A stretch of DNA of 64,000 nt, taken from positions 3,040,001-3,104,000 of the forward strand of contig OZ220732.1 in assembly GCA_965116905.1 (NCBI GenBank), in the 5' to 3' direction. The notes under the pieces were generated by a model that did not search any database, was not told where the DNA came from, and was given only the letters and a program-made list of their open reading frames with translations. The position numbers and the translations under genes were made by a program. Source of the stretch: Longimicrobiales bacterium. Lineage in GTDB: Bacteria; Gemmatimonadota; Gemmatimonadetes; Longimicrobiales; Gaopeijiaceae. Each line of letters starts with the position of its first letter. Within the stretch, counting starts at the first letter, position 1. Below, piece after piece: positions 11,584 through 21,120 of this stretch.

Positions 11584-11946
11584 TCAGGCGTGTGGCGGAG
11601 CCCTTGGTATTCCCGGTGCGGACCAGATCGACGCGTCGGCCGGCAGCGGCCAATCCGGGCACCGCTGCGCAATGTGGATGGGCGCAGCGCTACCGCCGGG
11701 TATCGAAATCCCGGGTGTGGCGCCCGTCGCCCACAGCGACCGCACGATCTGACAGAAGAGGTGCCCGTGATGACCCAGGCACTCGGTGCTCTCCGGTGTT
11801 TCGATGTGCACCGGCGACCCGAATTGGGCCTTGTCCAGAACGGCATCCGCAGGAACCAGCAACGTTGCAACGGCCACCTGGGCCGCAGCGATGCACGAAA
11901 CGGCGACTCGCCGCCACCCGCGCCTGCTGGATTGCCGTAGGAACAA
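11584..11946 (-). CDS. DUF2946/CruR-like leader protein with Cys/His motif and C-terminal RAPP arrest motif
   Basis: 120 aa: basic N-terminus, hydrophobic segment, HIE...ECLGHHGHLFCQ, Pro/Ala-rich linker, ends IPRAPPHA*. Lies directly upstream of the TBDR on the same strand. Confidence 0.75.
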   Translation of the reverse strand: MFLRQSSRRGWRRVAVSCIAAAQVAVATLLVPADAVLDKAQFGSPVHIETPESTECLGHHGHLFCQIVRSLWATGATPGISIPGGSAAPIHIAQRCPDWPLPADASIWSAPGIPRAPPHA

Positions 11947-12000
11947 AGTCGTCGCCTTGCTGATGCCGGGTGCACTGGCTGGTCGTCAAGACTCAGCACA

Positions 12001-12074
12001 TGGGCCCAGAGGGACTTGAACCCCCGACCGTCGGATTATGAGTCCGCTGCTCTGACCGCCTGAGCTATGGGCCC
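12001..12074 (-). tRNA. tRNA with CAT anticodon, probably tRNA-Ile2 (lysidine-type); CCA not encoded
   Basis: GGGCCCATAGCTCAGGCGGTCAGAGCAGCGGACTCATAATCCGACGGTCGGGGGTTCAAGTCCCTCTGGGCCCA folds as a cloverleaf. The GACTCATAATC anticodon arm and paired G1-C72 resemble Ile2 rather than the initiator Met tRNA. Confidence 0.9.
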
Positions 12075-12114
12075 GGATAAGGCTAACGAATCCACCGATC
12101 CCCGGCCACCACGC

Positions 12115-12750
12115 TCAGGAGGTCCCGAACAGCCGGTCTCCGGCGTCGCCGAGGCCGGGCACGATGTACCCCACATCGTTCAGCTGGCGGTCCAGGGCGG
12201 CGGCGTATACGGGGACATCCGGATGCCGGGCCGTCATGTGCGCCGCGCCCTCGGGAGCAGCCACCACGCACATCAGGCGAATGTCGGTGGCGCCTTGCGA
12301 TTTCAGTTCGGAGGCCGCCGCTGCCGCCGTCCCGCCCGTGCCCAGCATCGGGTCGAGCAGCAGGCAGGTCGAGCGCCCGCTCGGCGAAGGCAGCTTCCCG
12401 TAGTACCTCACGGGCTCGAGCGTCTCCTCGTTCCTGTAGAATCCCAGATGTCCCACCTTCACCCCGGGAATCAGCTTTCGGACGCCCTCCAACATTCCCA
12501 GTCCCGCCCTCAGGATGGGGACGGCCACCAGGCGGTCTTCGCGGATGCGGCGCAAGCGGGTGGTTTCGAGCGGAGTCTCAACGCTCACCTCGTCGCCCTC
12601 CAACGCCCGCGTTACATGAAATGTCATCAGCAGTGTGATCTGATCGAGAAGCTCCTTGAACTCCGGCGACCGGGTGCGCTTGTCCCTCAGGAAGGACAGC
12701 TTGTGCTCGATCAGTGGATGACGGACCACTTCCAGCGTCGAATCAGACAC
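12115..12750 (-). CDS. upp: Uracil phosphoribosyltransferase
   Basis: HPLIEHKLS, VPILRAGLGM, LLDPMLGTGGT, YIVPGLGDAGDRLFGT. Confidence 0.96.
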   Translation of the reverse strand: MSDSTLEVVRHPLIEHKLSFLRDKRTRSPEFKELLDQITLLMTFHVTRALEGDEVSVETPLETTRLRRIREDRLVAVPILRAGLGMLEGVRKLIPGVKVGHLGFYRNEETLEPVRYYGKLPSPSGRSTCLLLDPMLGTGGTAAAAASELKSQGATDIRLMCVVAAPEGAAHMTARHPDVPVYAAALDRQLNDVGYIVPGLGDAGDRLFGTS

Positions 12751-12762
12751 GCGTATCTCCTT

Positions 12763-13560
12763 TCAACCCCGGCGACCCCGGTCGTCCCGGCGGCCCCGGC
12801 GATCCCGGTGCCCCACGAGGCTCCTGGCCTCGGCCAACTCGGAGCGGCGGGCAGGCCTCCAGGCTCCCGGCTTCAGGCCCCCCAGCCGAAACGGGCCGAA
12901 CCGGGTCCGCGCCAGGGAGCGCGGGGGATGGCCCACCGCCCTGAGGAGCCGGCGAACCTCCCGTTTTCTGCCCTCGGTGAGCACGATCCGGACACCCGGC
13001 TCGTCGCCTTCCCACTCGATCCTGCGCACCCTTGCCGGGCGGGCAAAGCCGTCCTCCAGCTCCACCCCTCCCTTGAGGCGTTTCAGCGTGCGGGAGCTGA
13101 GTCGCGCCGCAATGCGCGCCTGGTACTCGCGCTCGATCCTCCCGCGGGGGTGCGCCAGAGCGGCGGCGAGGTCGCCTTCGTTGGTCAGGAGCAACAGGCC
13201 GGAAGTATCGCGGTCCAGCCGTCCCACGTAGCGCAGCCCGCTGGCCCAGGGTGGCAGAAGGTCGTACACCGTCTTGCCCCCGTGAGGGTCGCTCCTGGTA
13301 CAGAGGACGCCGACCGGCTTGTGGAAGACGATCCAGCGGCGAGGCGCGGGCTCCACGACCCGGCCATCCAGGGAAACCACGTCGGTCCCGGGGAGCACAC
13401 GGGCTCCCATCCGGGTGACGGGCTCACCGTTGATGGCGACGCGGCCTTCCCTGATCATCACTTCGGCCTGGCGACGCGACGCGGCCCCTGCCTGAGACAT
13501 GTACTTCTGCACACGCACCCGCTTCTGCACACGCACCCGCGAGGGAGCCTCAGGCTTCAC
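12763..13560 (-). CDS. rluB: 23S rRNA pseudouridine synthase RluB/RsuA family
   Basis: S4 domain (QKYMSQAGAASRRQAE), HKPVG, GRLDRDTSGLLLLTNEG, EGRKREVRR. Follows scpB. Start GTG 13560. Confidence 0.9.
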   Translation of the reverse strand: MKPEAPSRVRVQKRVRVQKYMSQAGAASRRQAEVMIREGRVAINGEPVTRMGARVLPGTDVVSLDGRVVEPAPRRWIVFHKPVGVLCTRSDPHGGKTVYDLLPPWASGLRYVGRLDRDTSGLLLLTNEGDLAAALAHPRGRIEREYQARIAARLSSRTLKRLKGGVELEDGFARPARVRRIEWEGDEPGVRIVLTEGRKREVRRLLRAVGHPPRSLARTRFGPFRLGGLKPGAWRPARRSELAEARSLVGHRDRRGRRDDRGRRG

Positions 13561-14221
13561 TCTGCGGATCCGTGATGCCGTCGGCGTGGGCAAGCACCGC
13601 CTCCACCGCGTCCTCTGCGCTCGGGGACTCGTCCGCATCGTCCTCGCCCCCCGCCTCGTCCTCTGCCGAGTCGGCCGACGCATCGTCCAGGGGTGCCCTG
13701 TCCCGGAGAACCACGGGGAGTTCTTCCGGCCTCGGCAGGTGCTCCATCGAGGGGAACCCGAAGTGCTCCAGGAACCGCGCCGTGGTGCCGTAGAGCATGG
13801 GCCGCCCGACCCCTTCTCCACGGCCCACCGCCTCGATCAGTTCGCGGTCCAGAAGGGTGCGTATCACACCCGTCGAATTGACGCCGCGCACGTATTCGAC
13901 CTCGATCCGGCTGATGGGCTGCCTGTAGGCCACGATCGCCAGCGCCTCCAGGGCGGGACCGGACAGCCGCGACGACTTCGGCACCGTGTCGAAGCGCTCG
14001 AGGTACGGAGCGAACTCGGGCCGCGTCATCAGTTGCACGCCATCCGCGACCTCCCGCAGCTCGAACGCGCGCCCCGAGTTGTCGTATTCCGCACGCAATG
14101 CGGCCAGCGCCTCCTCCACGCGGTCCTCGTCGAGAACCTCGTCCGCGCGCGCGATCTCGCCCGGCGACAGCGGGGCATCGCTCGCAAAGAGGATGGCCTC
14201 TACAATGCTGGCGTCGTTCAT
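13550..14221 (-). CDS. scpB: SMC-Scp complex subunit ScpB
   Basis: IVEAILFAS, LSGPALEALAIVAYRQPISRIEVEYVRGVNS, GRPMLYGTTARFLEHFG. ATG 14221 overlaps the scpA stop. Confidence 0.95.
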   Translation of the reverse strand: MNDASIVEAILFASDAPLSPGEIARADEVLDEDRVEEALAALRAEYDNSGRAFELREVADGVQLMTRPEFAPYLERFDTVPKSSRLSGPALEALAIVAYRQPISRIEVEYVRGVNSTGVIRTLLDRELIEAVGRGEGVGRPMLYGTTARFLEHFGFPSMEHLPRPEELPVVLRDRAPLDDASADSAEDEAGGEDDADESPSAEDAVEAVLAHADGITDPQSEA

Positions 14222-14958
14222 GTCGTGTCGTCGAGCTCCACGTCGAGGTTGCGGCCCTTGTAGAACCAGAGTGGCGAGAAGGGCTCGCGCTGCCTGAGCG
14301 CCACCACGCGGCGCCGGCCCAACTCGAGTCCGGCCAGCAGCGTCATGACACCGTGCATGCGCTGCTTCCAGGGCGCAACCAGGCTGGAAAACTCGATCCG
14401 GCTCGCTCTCTTCACCGCCCCCACGATCAACCCGACCTTTTCCCGCATGGCCACCGGGCGCACCGCAACCCGGTGCTCGATCCGGCGCTGCACCGGAGAT
14501 TCCACTCCCAGCGCCGCCGCGTAGAGCTGGTCCCAGGTTGCGCTCAGTGGAGCATCGGCCAGCGCCGGTCTGGGCCTCGGCGCCACGTAGCCTTTTGCGA
14601 AACGCCGGCCGCGGTCGCTCTCCGCAGCGCGCATCCGGGTCGCGACCTCCCGGACCAGTTCGTACTCGAGCAGCCTTCGCACCAGTTCCGCGCGCGGGTC
14701 GTCGTCTTCCTCGTCCGTGGGGCTGGGCAGGAGCATGCGGGCCTTGATCCGTATCAGCGTGGCCGCCATCTCCAGGAATTCGCCCGCCTCGTCCACGCCG
14801 GTTGCGCCGAGGTCCTCGGTGGCCTGCAGGAACTGATGCGTGATCCGTGCGATCGGGATGTCGAAGATGTCGATGTCCTGCGCGCGGATCAGGTGAAGAA
14901 GAAGGTCGAGCGGACCGCGGAAGCGGTCGGTCTCGACGACCATGAATGCCTCGGTCAT
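14218..14958 (-). CDS. scpA: Segregation/condensation protein ScpA
   Basis: FRGPLDLLLHLIR..DIDIFDIPI, EFLEMAATLIRIKARMLLP, DPRAELVRRLLEY. Confidence 0.95.
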   Translation of the reverse strand: MTEAFMVVETDRFRGPLDLLLHLIRAQDIDIFDIPIARITHQFLQATEDLGATGVDEAGEFLEMAATLIRIKARMLLPSPTDEEDDDPRAELVRRLLEYELVREVATRMRAAESDRGRRFAKGYVAPRPRPALADAPLSATWDQLYAAALGVESPVQRRIEHRVAVRPVAMREKVGLIVGAVKRASRIEFSSLVAPWKQRMHGVMTLLAGLELGRRRVVALRQREPFSPLWFYKGRNLDVELDDTT

Positions 14959-15605
14959 GGCACCGGCGCCAATCCGAGCACCCACTCAAACGCGACGAAC
15001 ACCGGAGAGAGCAATACGCCGAACGCACCGGGGAACACCAGGACGGTCAGGAACAGCAGGGTCACCCCGTAGCGTCCCAGCTGGCGGTAGCGGGCTCCAA
15101 CCGCAGGGGGTAGGAGATGATACAACACATGGGAGCCATCGAGCGGCGGAATCGGAATCAGGTTGAAATAGGCTAGAATCAGGTTTATGAAAACACCATA
15201 GGTTAGCATTTGCGCGAGACTTATTCCGACTCGCCCGTCAACCAGCGGCAGGTCCTGGAGGAGCACGACGGCGACCAGCCCCAGGGCGCACACGACCACT
15301 AGGCCGAGGTTCGAGACGATGCCGGCAAGCGAAACGCGGATGTCGCCCGCCGGGTAGCTGCGGTAATTGCGCGGGTTCACCGGAACCGGTTTGGCCCACC
15401 CGAACAGGAAATCGCCGGGAAGCAGGTACAGCACCAGGGGCACCAGGACCGAGCCCATCGGGTCCAGATGGGGAATCGGGTTGAGCGTCAGGCGGCCGAG
15501 GTCGCGGGCCGTGGTGTCCCCTTCCCTCAGCGCCTGCCACGCGTGAGCCACCTCGTGGACGACGACCGAAAACAGCAGAACGGGCAAGATCAGAAGGATT
15601 TCCAT
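14955..15605 (-). CDS. Site-2 protease (M50) family membrane metalloprotease
   Basis: HEVAH zinc motif, GRLTLNPIPHLDP, GWAKPVPVNP, FNLIPIPPLDGSH. Start ATG 15605. Confidence 0.93.
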   Translation of the reverse strand: MEILLILPVLLFSVVVHEVAHAWQALREGDTTARDLGRLTLNPIPHLDPMGSVLVPLVLYLLPGDFLFGWAKPVPVNPRNYRSYPAGDIRVSLAGIVSNLGLVVVCALGLVAVVLLQDLPLVDGRVGISLAQMLTYGVFINLILAYFNLIPIPPLDGSHVLYHLLPPAVGARYRQLGRYGVTLLFLTVLVFPGAFGVLLSPVFVAFEWVLGLAPVP

Positions 15606-15778
15606 AACCGGAATTGTAGAAAGGTCCCCCGGCGGCTGCCAGCCCGGTCGCGGTGGCGGGCGGGCGCCTTGCGGGCGGCGGTTGATCGGATTGGCCCCCG
15701 GTTCTACCTTTCGAACCGGCCCTCCTTTCGGAGGCCGGCAGCAGAGCGCACGACCCACTGCGGGGAAACCATACCGAG

Positions 15779-16033
15779 ATGCCCAACATCAAGAGTGCGA
15801 AGAAGCGGATGGAACTGAGCCGGGAGGCGCGGAGCCGCAACCGCGTAACCCGTTCCCGCATCCGCACCGCGGTTCGCAGGGTACGCGAAGCCGATACGCA
15901 TGAGAACGCGGAAGAACAGCGCCGCGACGCGGTTGCGCTGATCGACAGGGCCGCGAACCGCCGGGTACTTCACCCGAACAAGGCCGGCCGCATCAAGTCC
16001 CAGCTGGACCGCCTGGTCCGCGGGCACGAGTAG
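15779..16033 (+). CDS. rpsT: 30S ribosomal protein S20
   Basis: MPNIKSAKKR...RNR...SRIRTA...LIDRAA...[10 protein letters not shown]. Confidence 0.96.
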   Translation: MPNIKSAKKRMELSREARSRNRVTRSRIRTAVRRVREADTHENAEEQRRDAVALIDRAANRRVLHPNKAGRIKSQLDRLVRGHE

Positions 16034-17327
16034 CGGGCCCCAGGCTCCAGACCGTCTCGCCGCCCACCAGTGTCCTGACGACCCTTCCCACCACGCCCGC
16101 CCCTTCGAAGGGCGTATTCCGGCCCTTGGAGAGGAAGTCTTCGGACGCGACCGTCCAATCCGTCCCGGCGTCGATGAGCACGATGTCGGCCGGCTGACCG
16201 GGTTCCAGACTGCCTCCGGGCAAGCCGAGAGCCCGCGCGGGACCGGTCGACATCCGGTGCAGCAAGTCGCTCAGCGGAAGCAGGTCCTTACGCACCAGAC
16301 CCGTGTGCAGCACGGCGAACGCGGTCTCCAGGCCCACCGCACCGTGAGGCGCGTCGTCGAAGGCCTGCTCCTTTTCGTCGTAGTGGCGCGGCGCGTGGTC
16401 CGTCGCAATGCAGTCGATGGTCCCGTCGGCCAGCGCCGCGGCCAGCAACTCCACGTCGCGCGCCGTCCGCAGCGGTGGGTCGACCTTGTATTCCGTGCCG
16501 TAGCCCTCGAGCAGCTTGTGGGACAGCAACAGATGGTGCGGCGTGGCTTCTGCGGTAACGTGCACGCCGGCGGCCTTCGCCGAGCGGATCAGTTCGGCCG
16601 CCGCGCCCGTTGAGACCCGCTGCAGATGAAGCCGTCCGCCGGTCGCGCGGGCAAGTGCGAGGTCGCGCGCAACGCCGATCTCTTCCGCGACGGCCGGCTT
16701 CCCGCGCAACCCCAGCCGTGTCGACATGACGCCTTCGTGCATGACGCCGCGCAGCGCAAGATCGCGGTCCTCGCCATGGGACAGCACCGGCACGCCGAAC
16801 GACCTGGCGTACTCGAGCGCGAGCCGCATCAGGGTGGAGGAGGCGACGGGCCTGCCCGCGTCGCAGACGGCAACGGCGCCGGCATCCACGATCTCGCCGA
16901 ACTCGGTGAGGCGCTCCCCCTTGCAGCCTGCGGACAGCGCCGCGACCGGGTAAACCCTGGCGCCGCGTGCGCGCCGTCCCTCGGCAACGATGAAGCCCAC
17001 CGACGCGGGATCGTCCACGACCGGATCCGTGTCGGGCATCGCGCAGACGCTCGTATAGCCACCGGCCGCAGCCGCCATCGTTCCCGTGCGGATCGTCTCG
17101 CGGTGCTCCCATCCCGGCTCGCAGAGGTGCACGTGCGGATCCACGAACCCCGGCGCCACGACGAGGCCGCGCGCGTCCACCACATCCGCGTCGTCCACGT
17201 CGTCCGCGTCGAGCCCGGCGGCCACCGCTTCGATGCGGCCGTCCACGACAAGTACGTCCGAGTTGTCCGCGTCGAGCCCGGTGGCCGGATCGATCACGCG
17301 TCCCCCGCTGATGAGAACCCGGCTCAT
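15993..17327 (-). CDS. pyrC: Dihydroorotase-family protein with degenerate active site (PyrC'-like)
   Basis: Amidohydrolase fold motifs [38 protein letters not shown]. Follows pyrB. Several catalytic positions are substituted (see findings). Confidence 0.88.
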   Translation of the reverse strand: MSRVLISGGRVIDPATGLDADNSDVLVVDGRIEAVAAGLDADDVDDADVVDARGLVVAPGFVDPHVHLCEPGWEHRETIRTGTMAAAAGGYTSVCAMPDTDPVVDDPASVGFIVAEGRRARGARVYPVAALSAGCKGERLTEFGEIVDAGAVAVCDAGRPVASSTLMRLALEYARSFGVPVLSHGEDRDLALRGVMHEGVMSTRLGLRGKPAVAEEIGVARDLALARATGGRLHLQRVSTGAAAELIRSAKAAGVHVTAEATPHHLLLSHKLLEGYGTEYKVDPPLRTARDVELLAAALADGTIDCIATDHAPRHYDEKEQAFDDAPHGAVGLETAFAVLHTGLVRKDLLPLSDLLHRMSTGPARALGLPGGSLEPGQPADIVLIDAGTDWTVASEDFLSKGRNTPFEGAGVVGRVVRTLVGGETVWSLGPATRARGPGGPAGT

Positions 17328-18295
17328 GCGCCCGTCCAGTCCCGCGCCGCCTCGGCGAGGTGCGGCGCACCGCCCGCCAGCAGGTAGAGGACCGCCATGC
17401 GCACGGCCACTCCGTTGGTCACCTGCTGGAGGATCACGGAGTGAGGCCCGTCCGCCACATCCGAATCGATCTCGACGCCACGATTCATCGGTCCGGGGTG
17501 CATGATCAGCAACTCCTTCGGCGCGCGGTCCAGCCGTTGGCGCGTGATCCCGAACACGCGGTTGTACTCCCTGAGCGATGGCACGAAGCCGTCCTGCATC
17601 CGCTCCAGCTGCAGGCGCAGCACGTTCAGAGCGTCCGCCCACCGGATCGCGTCGTCGACCCGCGCGAAGACCCGCACGCCGAGCCGCTCGATCCGCGCCG
17701 GCAGCAGGGTGCGCGGCCCGCACACGCCGACCCTCGCGCCCAGCTTGACCAGACCGTAGATGTTGGACCGCGCCACGCGCGAGTGCAGCACGTCCCCCAC
17801 GATGCACACCCGGAGGCCTTCAAGGCTTCCGAAGTGGTCGCGGAGCGTGAGGATGTCCAGCAATCCCTGGGTGGGATGCTCGTGCGCGCCGTCGCCCGCG
17901 TTGATCACGTTGGAGGGGATGCGCGCCGCCAGGAAGGACGCGGCGCCGGCCGACCAGTGGCGGATCACCACCATGTCGATGCTCATCGCCTCGAGGTTGC
18001 GCGCCGTGTCCACAAGGGTCTCCCCCTTCGAAACCGACGACCCGGAGGCGCCGACGTTCACCGTGTCGGCAGAGAGCCGCTTTTCGGCGAATTCAAAGGA
18101 TATCCGGGTCCGGGTGGAGGGCTCGAAGAAGAGGTTGACGATGGTTTTGCCGCGCAGCACCGGGAGCTTCTTGATGCGCCGTCCGGTGATCTCCTTGAAG
18201 GGCTCGGCGGTATCCAGGATGACTCGAATCTGATCCGGCGACAGGGGCTCCAGCCCGATCAGGTCCTTGCCCAGAGCCGCCGTGGATCCGGTCAT
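17324..18295 (-). CDS. pyrB: Aspartate carbamoyltransferase catalytic subunit
   Basis: [49 protein letters not shown]. Confidence 0.97.
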   Translation of the reverse strand: MTGSTAALGKDLIGLEPLSPDQIRVILDTAEPFKEITGRRIKKLPVLRGKTIVNLFFEPSTRTRISFEFAEKRLSADTVNVGASGSSVSKGETLVDTARNLEAMSIDMVVIRHWSAGAASFLAARIPSNVINAGDGAHEHPTQGLLDILTLRDHFGSLEGLRVCIVGDVLHSRVARSNIYGLVKLGARVGVCGPRTLLPARIERLGVRVFARVDDAIRWADALNVLRLQLERMQDGFVPSLREYNRVFGITRQRLDRAPKELLIMHPGPMNRGVEIDSDVADGPHSVILQQVTNGVAVRMAVLYLLAGGAPHLAEAARDWTGA

Positions 18296-18861
18296 CCGCT
18301 CTCCACGGCGCTCAGTACCACCGCCAGCCGCCCGTCGGTCTCCGGCACGAGCACATCCACCCGCTGATTCGCCAGCACCTGAAACGCGCGGCCCACGATG
18401 TCCGGCTGGATCGGCAGTTCACGGTCGCCGCGGTCCACGAGCACGCAGAGGAGAATGCGCGCGGGACGCCCCCAATCCATGAGTTCGTTCAGGGCGGCGC
18501 GTGCCGTGCGCCCGGTGTACAGCACATCGTCCACCAGCACGACCGCCATGTCGTCCAGACCACCGGGCGGGAGCTTCGTCTCGCCGACCACCGGACGCGG
18601 TCCGACGGTCATCAGATCGTCCCGGTAGAGGGTGATGTCCAGTGTACCGGTGGCGACTTCGATCCCCCCGGCGGCGGCGATGGCGCCGGAGATCATGCCG
18701 GCGAGATCGACCCCGCGCCGCTGGATGCCGATGAGCACGAGACGACGGGTGCCTCCCAGCTTCTCCACAACCTCGTGCGCCATGCGGTCGACGGCACGCC
18801 GGACATCCGCGCCGTCCATGAGCACCGTTGGGTTCGTGGGGGTCACCTTTCGGTTTCGCAC
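18292..18861 (-). CDS. pyrR: Pyrimidine operon regulator / UPRTase PyrR
   Basis: [41 protein letters not shown]. Confidence 0.95.
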   Translation of the reverse strand: MRNRKVTPTNPTVLMDGADVRRAVDRMAHEVVEKLGGTRRLVLIGIQRRGVDLAGMISGAIAAAGGIEVATGTLDITLYRDDLMTVGPRPVVGETKLPPGGLDDMAVVLVDDVLYTGRTARAALNELMDWGRPARILLCVLVDRGDRELPIQPDIVGRAFQVLANQRVDVLVPETDGRLAVVLSAVESG

Positions 18862-19010
18862 TCCTCCAAGAGGCCGCGATCATCGCGGCGGACAGCGTTC
18901 CGGGCGGCCCAAAGGTAATTGCACGGGAAGCCGTCGGCCAACATCATGGTGGGGTTCCGGGTTCGGCGACTCCCGGCCCTGCACGTTCCCACCGCCCACG
19001 GGGAGCCCTC

Positions 19011-21092
19011 ATGTCCCTTCGAACCACCCGCTTCCACCGCGCGCTTCCCACGGGCCGACGCTGGCGGCGCCCCGCCGCGGGGACGGGTCCGGCCCGGACC
19101 GTCCTGAGGGCATGCGGCCTCCTCCTCATGGGCGCTTTCCTGGTGACTCCCGCCGGCGCGAGCGGGCAGACAGCCGTCGAAGGCCCGAAGGTCGTGCTCG
19201 GCTCGGTACCGTTCACGCTCACGGTGCACGGCGCGGACGATCTTTCCTCGATGGTCGAGGTGCGCAGCGCCGACGGGACCCTGATCGCATCGGGAACCGT
19301 GGGTGCACGCCAGATCCGCGAATTCAGGAACGTCGTCGTGCACTCGCAGACCGAGCTTCCGCTGGAGGTGCGGGTGGGCGGCACGGTTCACACGGTCACC
19401 AGCCCCTACGCGCCGGCGTGGTTCTCGATTCTTCCGCCGCTCGTCGCGATCGTGCTGGCCCTGGTCTTCAAGGAGGTGATCACCGCGCTCCTCGCCGGGA
19501 TCTGGCTGGGCGCACTGGCGGTGGCCGGCTACAACCCCGTGCAGGCGACCTGGCGAGTGATCGACCAGTACGTCGTCCCGGCCCTCGGCGACACCGACGG
19601 CGGTCACACGCAGATCGTCGTCTTCAGTCTGCTGCTGGGCGGGATGGTTGGAATGATCAGCAAGAACGGCGGTACCCTGGGCGTGGTGCGCGCCGTCGCG
19701 CCCCTGGCCAGAAACCGGCGCCGGGGCAAGCTGGCCACGGCCGCCGCCGGGCTCGCGATCTTCTTCGACGACTACGCCAACACGCTCGTCGTCGGCAACA
19801 CCATGCGCCCGATCACGGATCGCCTCAAGGTGTCGCGCGAGAAGCTCGCCTACCTCGTGGACTCGACTGCGGCGCCGGTCGCCGCCCTGGTTCCGGTCTC
19901 GACCTGGGTCGGGTACGAAATCTCCCTGATCGGCAGCGGCCTGACTGCGGCCGCCGGCACCACGACGGGCGCCGAGGCGGCCTTCCTGGGGGGTCTCAGC
20001 CCGTACACGGTCTTCATCCAGACGATCCCCTACCTCTTCTACCCCATACTCGCGATGGCCTTCGTGTTCCTCACCTCCTACATGAACCGGGACTTCGGGC
20101 CCATGGCCAGGGCCGAGAAGCGGGCAGCGGCGGGCCGGGGGCTCTTCCGCGAGGGTGCGCGGCCGGCCACCGACACATCCGCGAGCTTCGTGAACGCCAA
20201 GGAGGGAGCCCCGGAGCGCTGGTGGAACGCCGGCCTCCCGGTGTTCACCGTGGTCACTGTCGTGCTCGGCGGACTGTACGTGTCGGGACGCGCGGCGGTG
20301 GGCGCGGCGGACCCGGCCGGCGGCGGCCTGTCGCCGGACGCGACCGGGATCTTCCATCACCTGCGCGATACCTTCGGAGCGGCCGACCCGTTCAATCCTC
20401 TTCTCTGGGGATCGCTAGCGGGATGCCTCGTCGCGGCGGCACTGTCGCTGGGTCAGCGCGTGCTGTCGGTGCACGAGTGCGTTGACGCGTGGCTGGGCGG
20501 CGTCAAGGCCATGATGATCGCGATGGCGATCCTGACACTGGCGTGGTCGCTCGGCGCGGTCACCCAGGACGTCGGCACGGCGGGCTACCTGTCGCAGCTG
20601 CTGGGCGGCAACCTGCCGCTGTACCTGCTCCCGGCGCTCGTGTTCGTGACCTCCGGCGCGATGGCGTTCGCCACCGGGACATCGTGGACCACCATGGCGA
20701 TCCTGATCCCCCTGGTGATCCCCCTGACGGTATCGCTCGCGGGCGGCACGGGCTTCGCCGACGGCTCCGTCTACGGCATCCTCCTCGGCACCACGAGTTC
20801 GGTGCTCGCGGGTGCCATCTGGGGCGACCATTGCTCACCCATCTCGGACACCACGGTACTGTCGTCGACCGCGGCCGCGTGCGACCACGTCGACCATGTC
20901 CGCACCCAGTTGCCGTACGCCCTGCTGGTCGGTGGCGTCGGCCTGGCGCTGGGGAGCGTGGGGACCGCCCTCGGGCTGCCCACCTGGATCGCGCTGCCGG
21001 CCGGGGTGGCCATTCTGGCCATCCTGCTGCGCGTGTTCGGCACGCCCGTTCCGGAGATCGGCAGCGGTGCCGCGGCGGAGAATACACCCTGA
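19011..21092 (+). CDS. Na+/H+ antiporter NhaC family transporter with N-terminal extracytoplasmic domain
   Basis: FFDDYANTL, SREKLAYLVDSTAAP, FATGTSW, GDHCSPISDTTVLSS, DHVDHVRTQLPYA. Start ATG 19011 after GGGAG. Confidence 0.9.
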   Translation: MSLRTTRFHRALPTGRRWRRPAAGTGPARTVLRACGLLLMGAFLVTPAGASGQTAVEGPKVVLGSVPFTLTVHGADDLSSMVEVRSADGTLIASGTVGARQIREFRNVVVHSQTELPLEVRVGGTVHTVTSPYAPAWFSILPPLVAIVLALVFKEVITALLAGIWLGALAVAGYNPVQATWRVIDQYVVPALGDTDGGHTQIVVFSLLLGGMVGMISKNGGTLGVVRAVAPLARNRRRGKLATAAAGLAIFFDDYANTLVVGNTMRPITDRLKVSREKLAYLVDSTAAPVAALVPVSTWVGYEISLIGSGLTAAAGTTTGAEAAFLGGLSPYTVFIQTIPYLFYPILAMAFVFLTSYMNRDFGPMARAEKRAAAGRGLFREGARPATDTSASFVNAKEGAPERWWNAGLPVFTVVTVVLGGLYVSGRAAVGAADPAGGGLSPDATGIFHHLRDTFGAADPFNPLLWGSLAGCLVAAALSLGQRVLSVHECVDAWLGGVKAMMIAMAILTLAWSLGAVTQDVGTAGYLSQLLGGNLPLYLLPALVFVTSGAMAFATGTSWTTMAILIPLVIPLTVSLAGGTGFADGSVYGILLGTTSSVLAGAIWGDHCSPISDTTVLSSTAAACDHVDHVRTQLPYALLVGGVGLALGSVGTALGLPTWIALPAGVAILAILLRVFGTPVPEIGSGAAAENTP

Positions 21093-21120
21093 CGTAACGT
21101 GAGGGTTAGCGGAAACGAAG

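Noticed and set aside
11451..11999. N-terminal extension of the TBDR to 11999 as in the ORF track
   Set aside because: Arg/Pro-rich non-protein-like sequence that precedes the signal peptide and overlaps the better-supported RAPP leader ORF in another frame
12001..12074. Initiator tRNA-fMet
   Set aside because: Has a paired G1-C72 and lacks the three consecutive G-C pairs in the anticodon stem; it fits Ile2 better, though elongator Met is not fully excluded
18862..19010. PyrR-binding attenuator upstream of pyrR
   Set aside because: Only a short hairpin (CCGCGATGATCGCGG); no ARUCC-N-GNGAGGYU motif or U-tailed terminator recognisable
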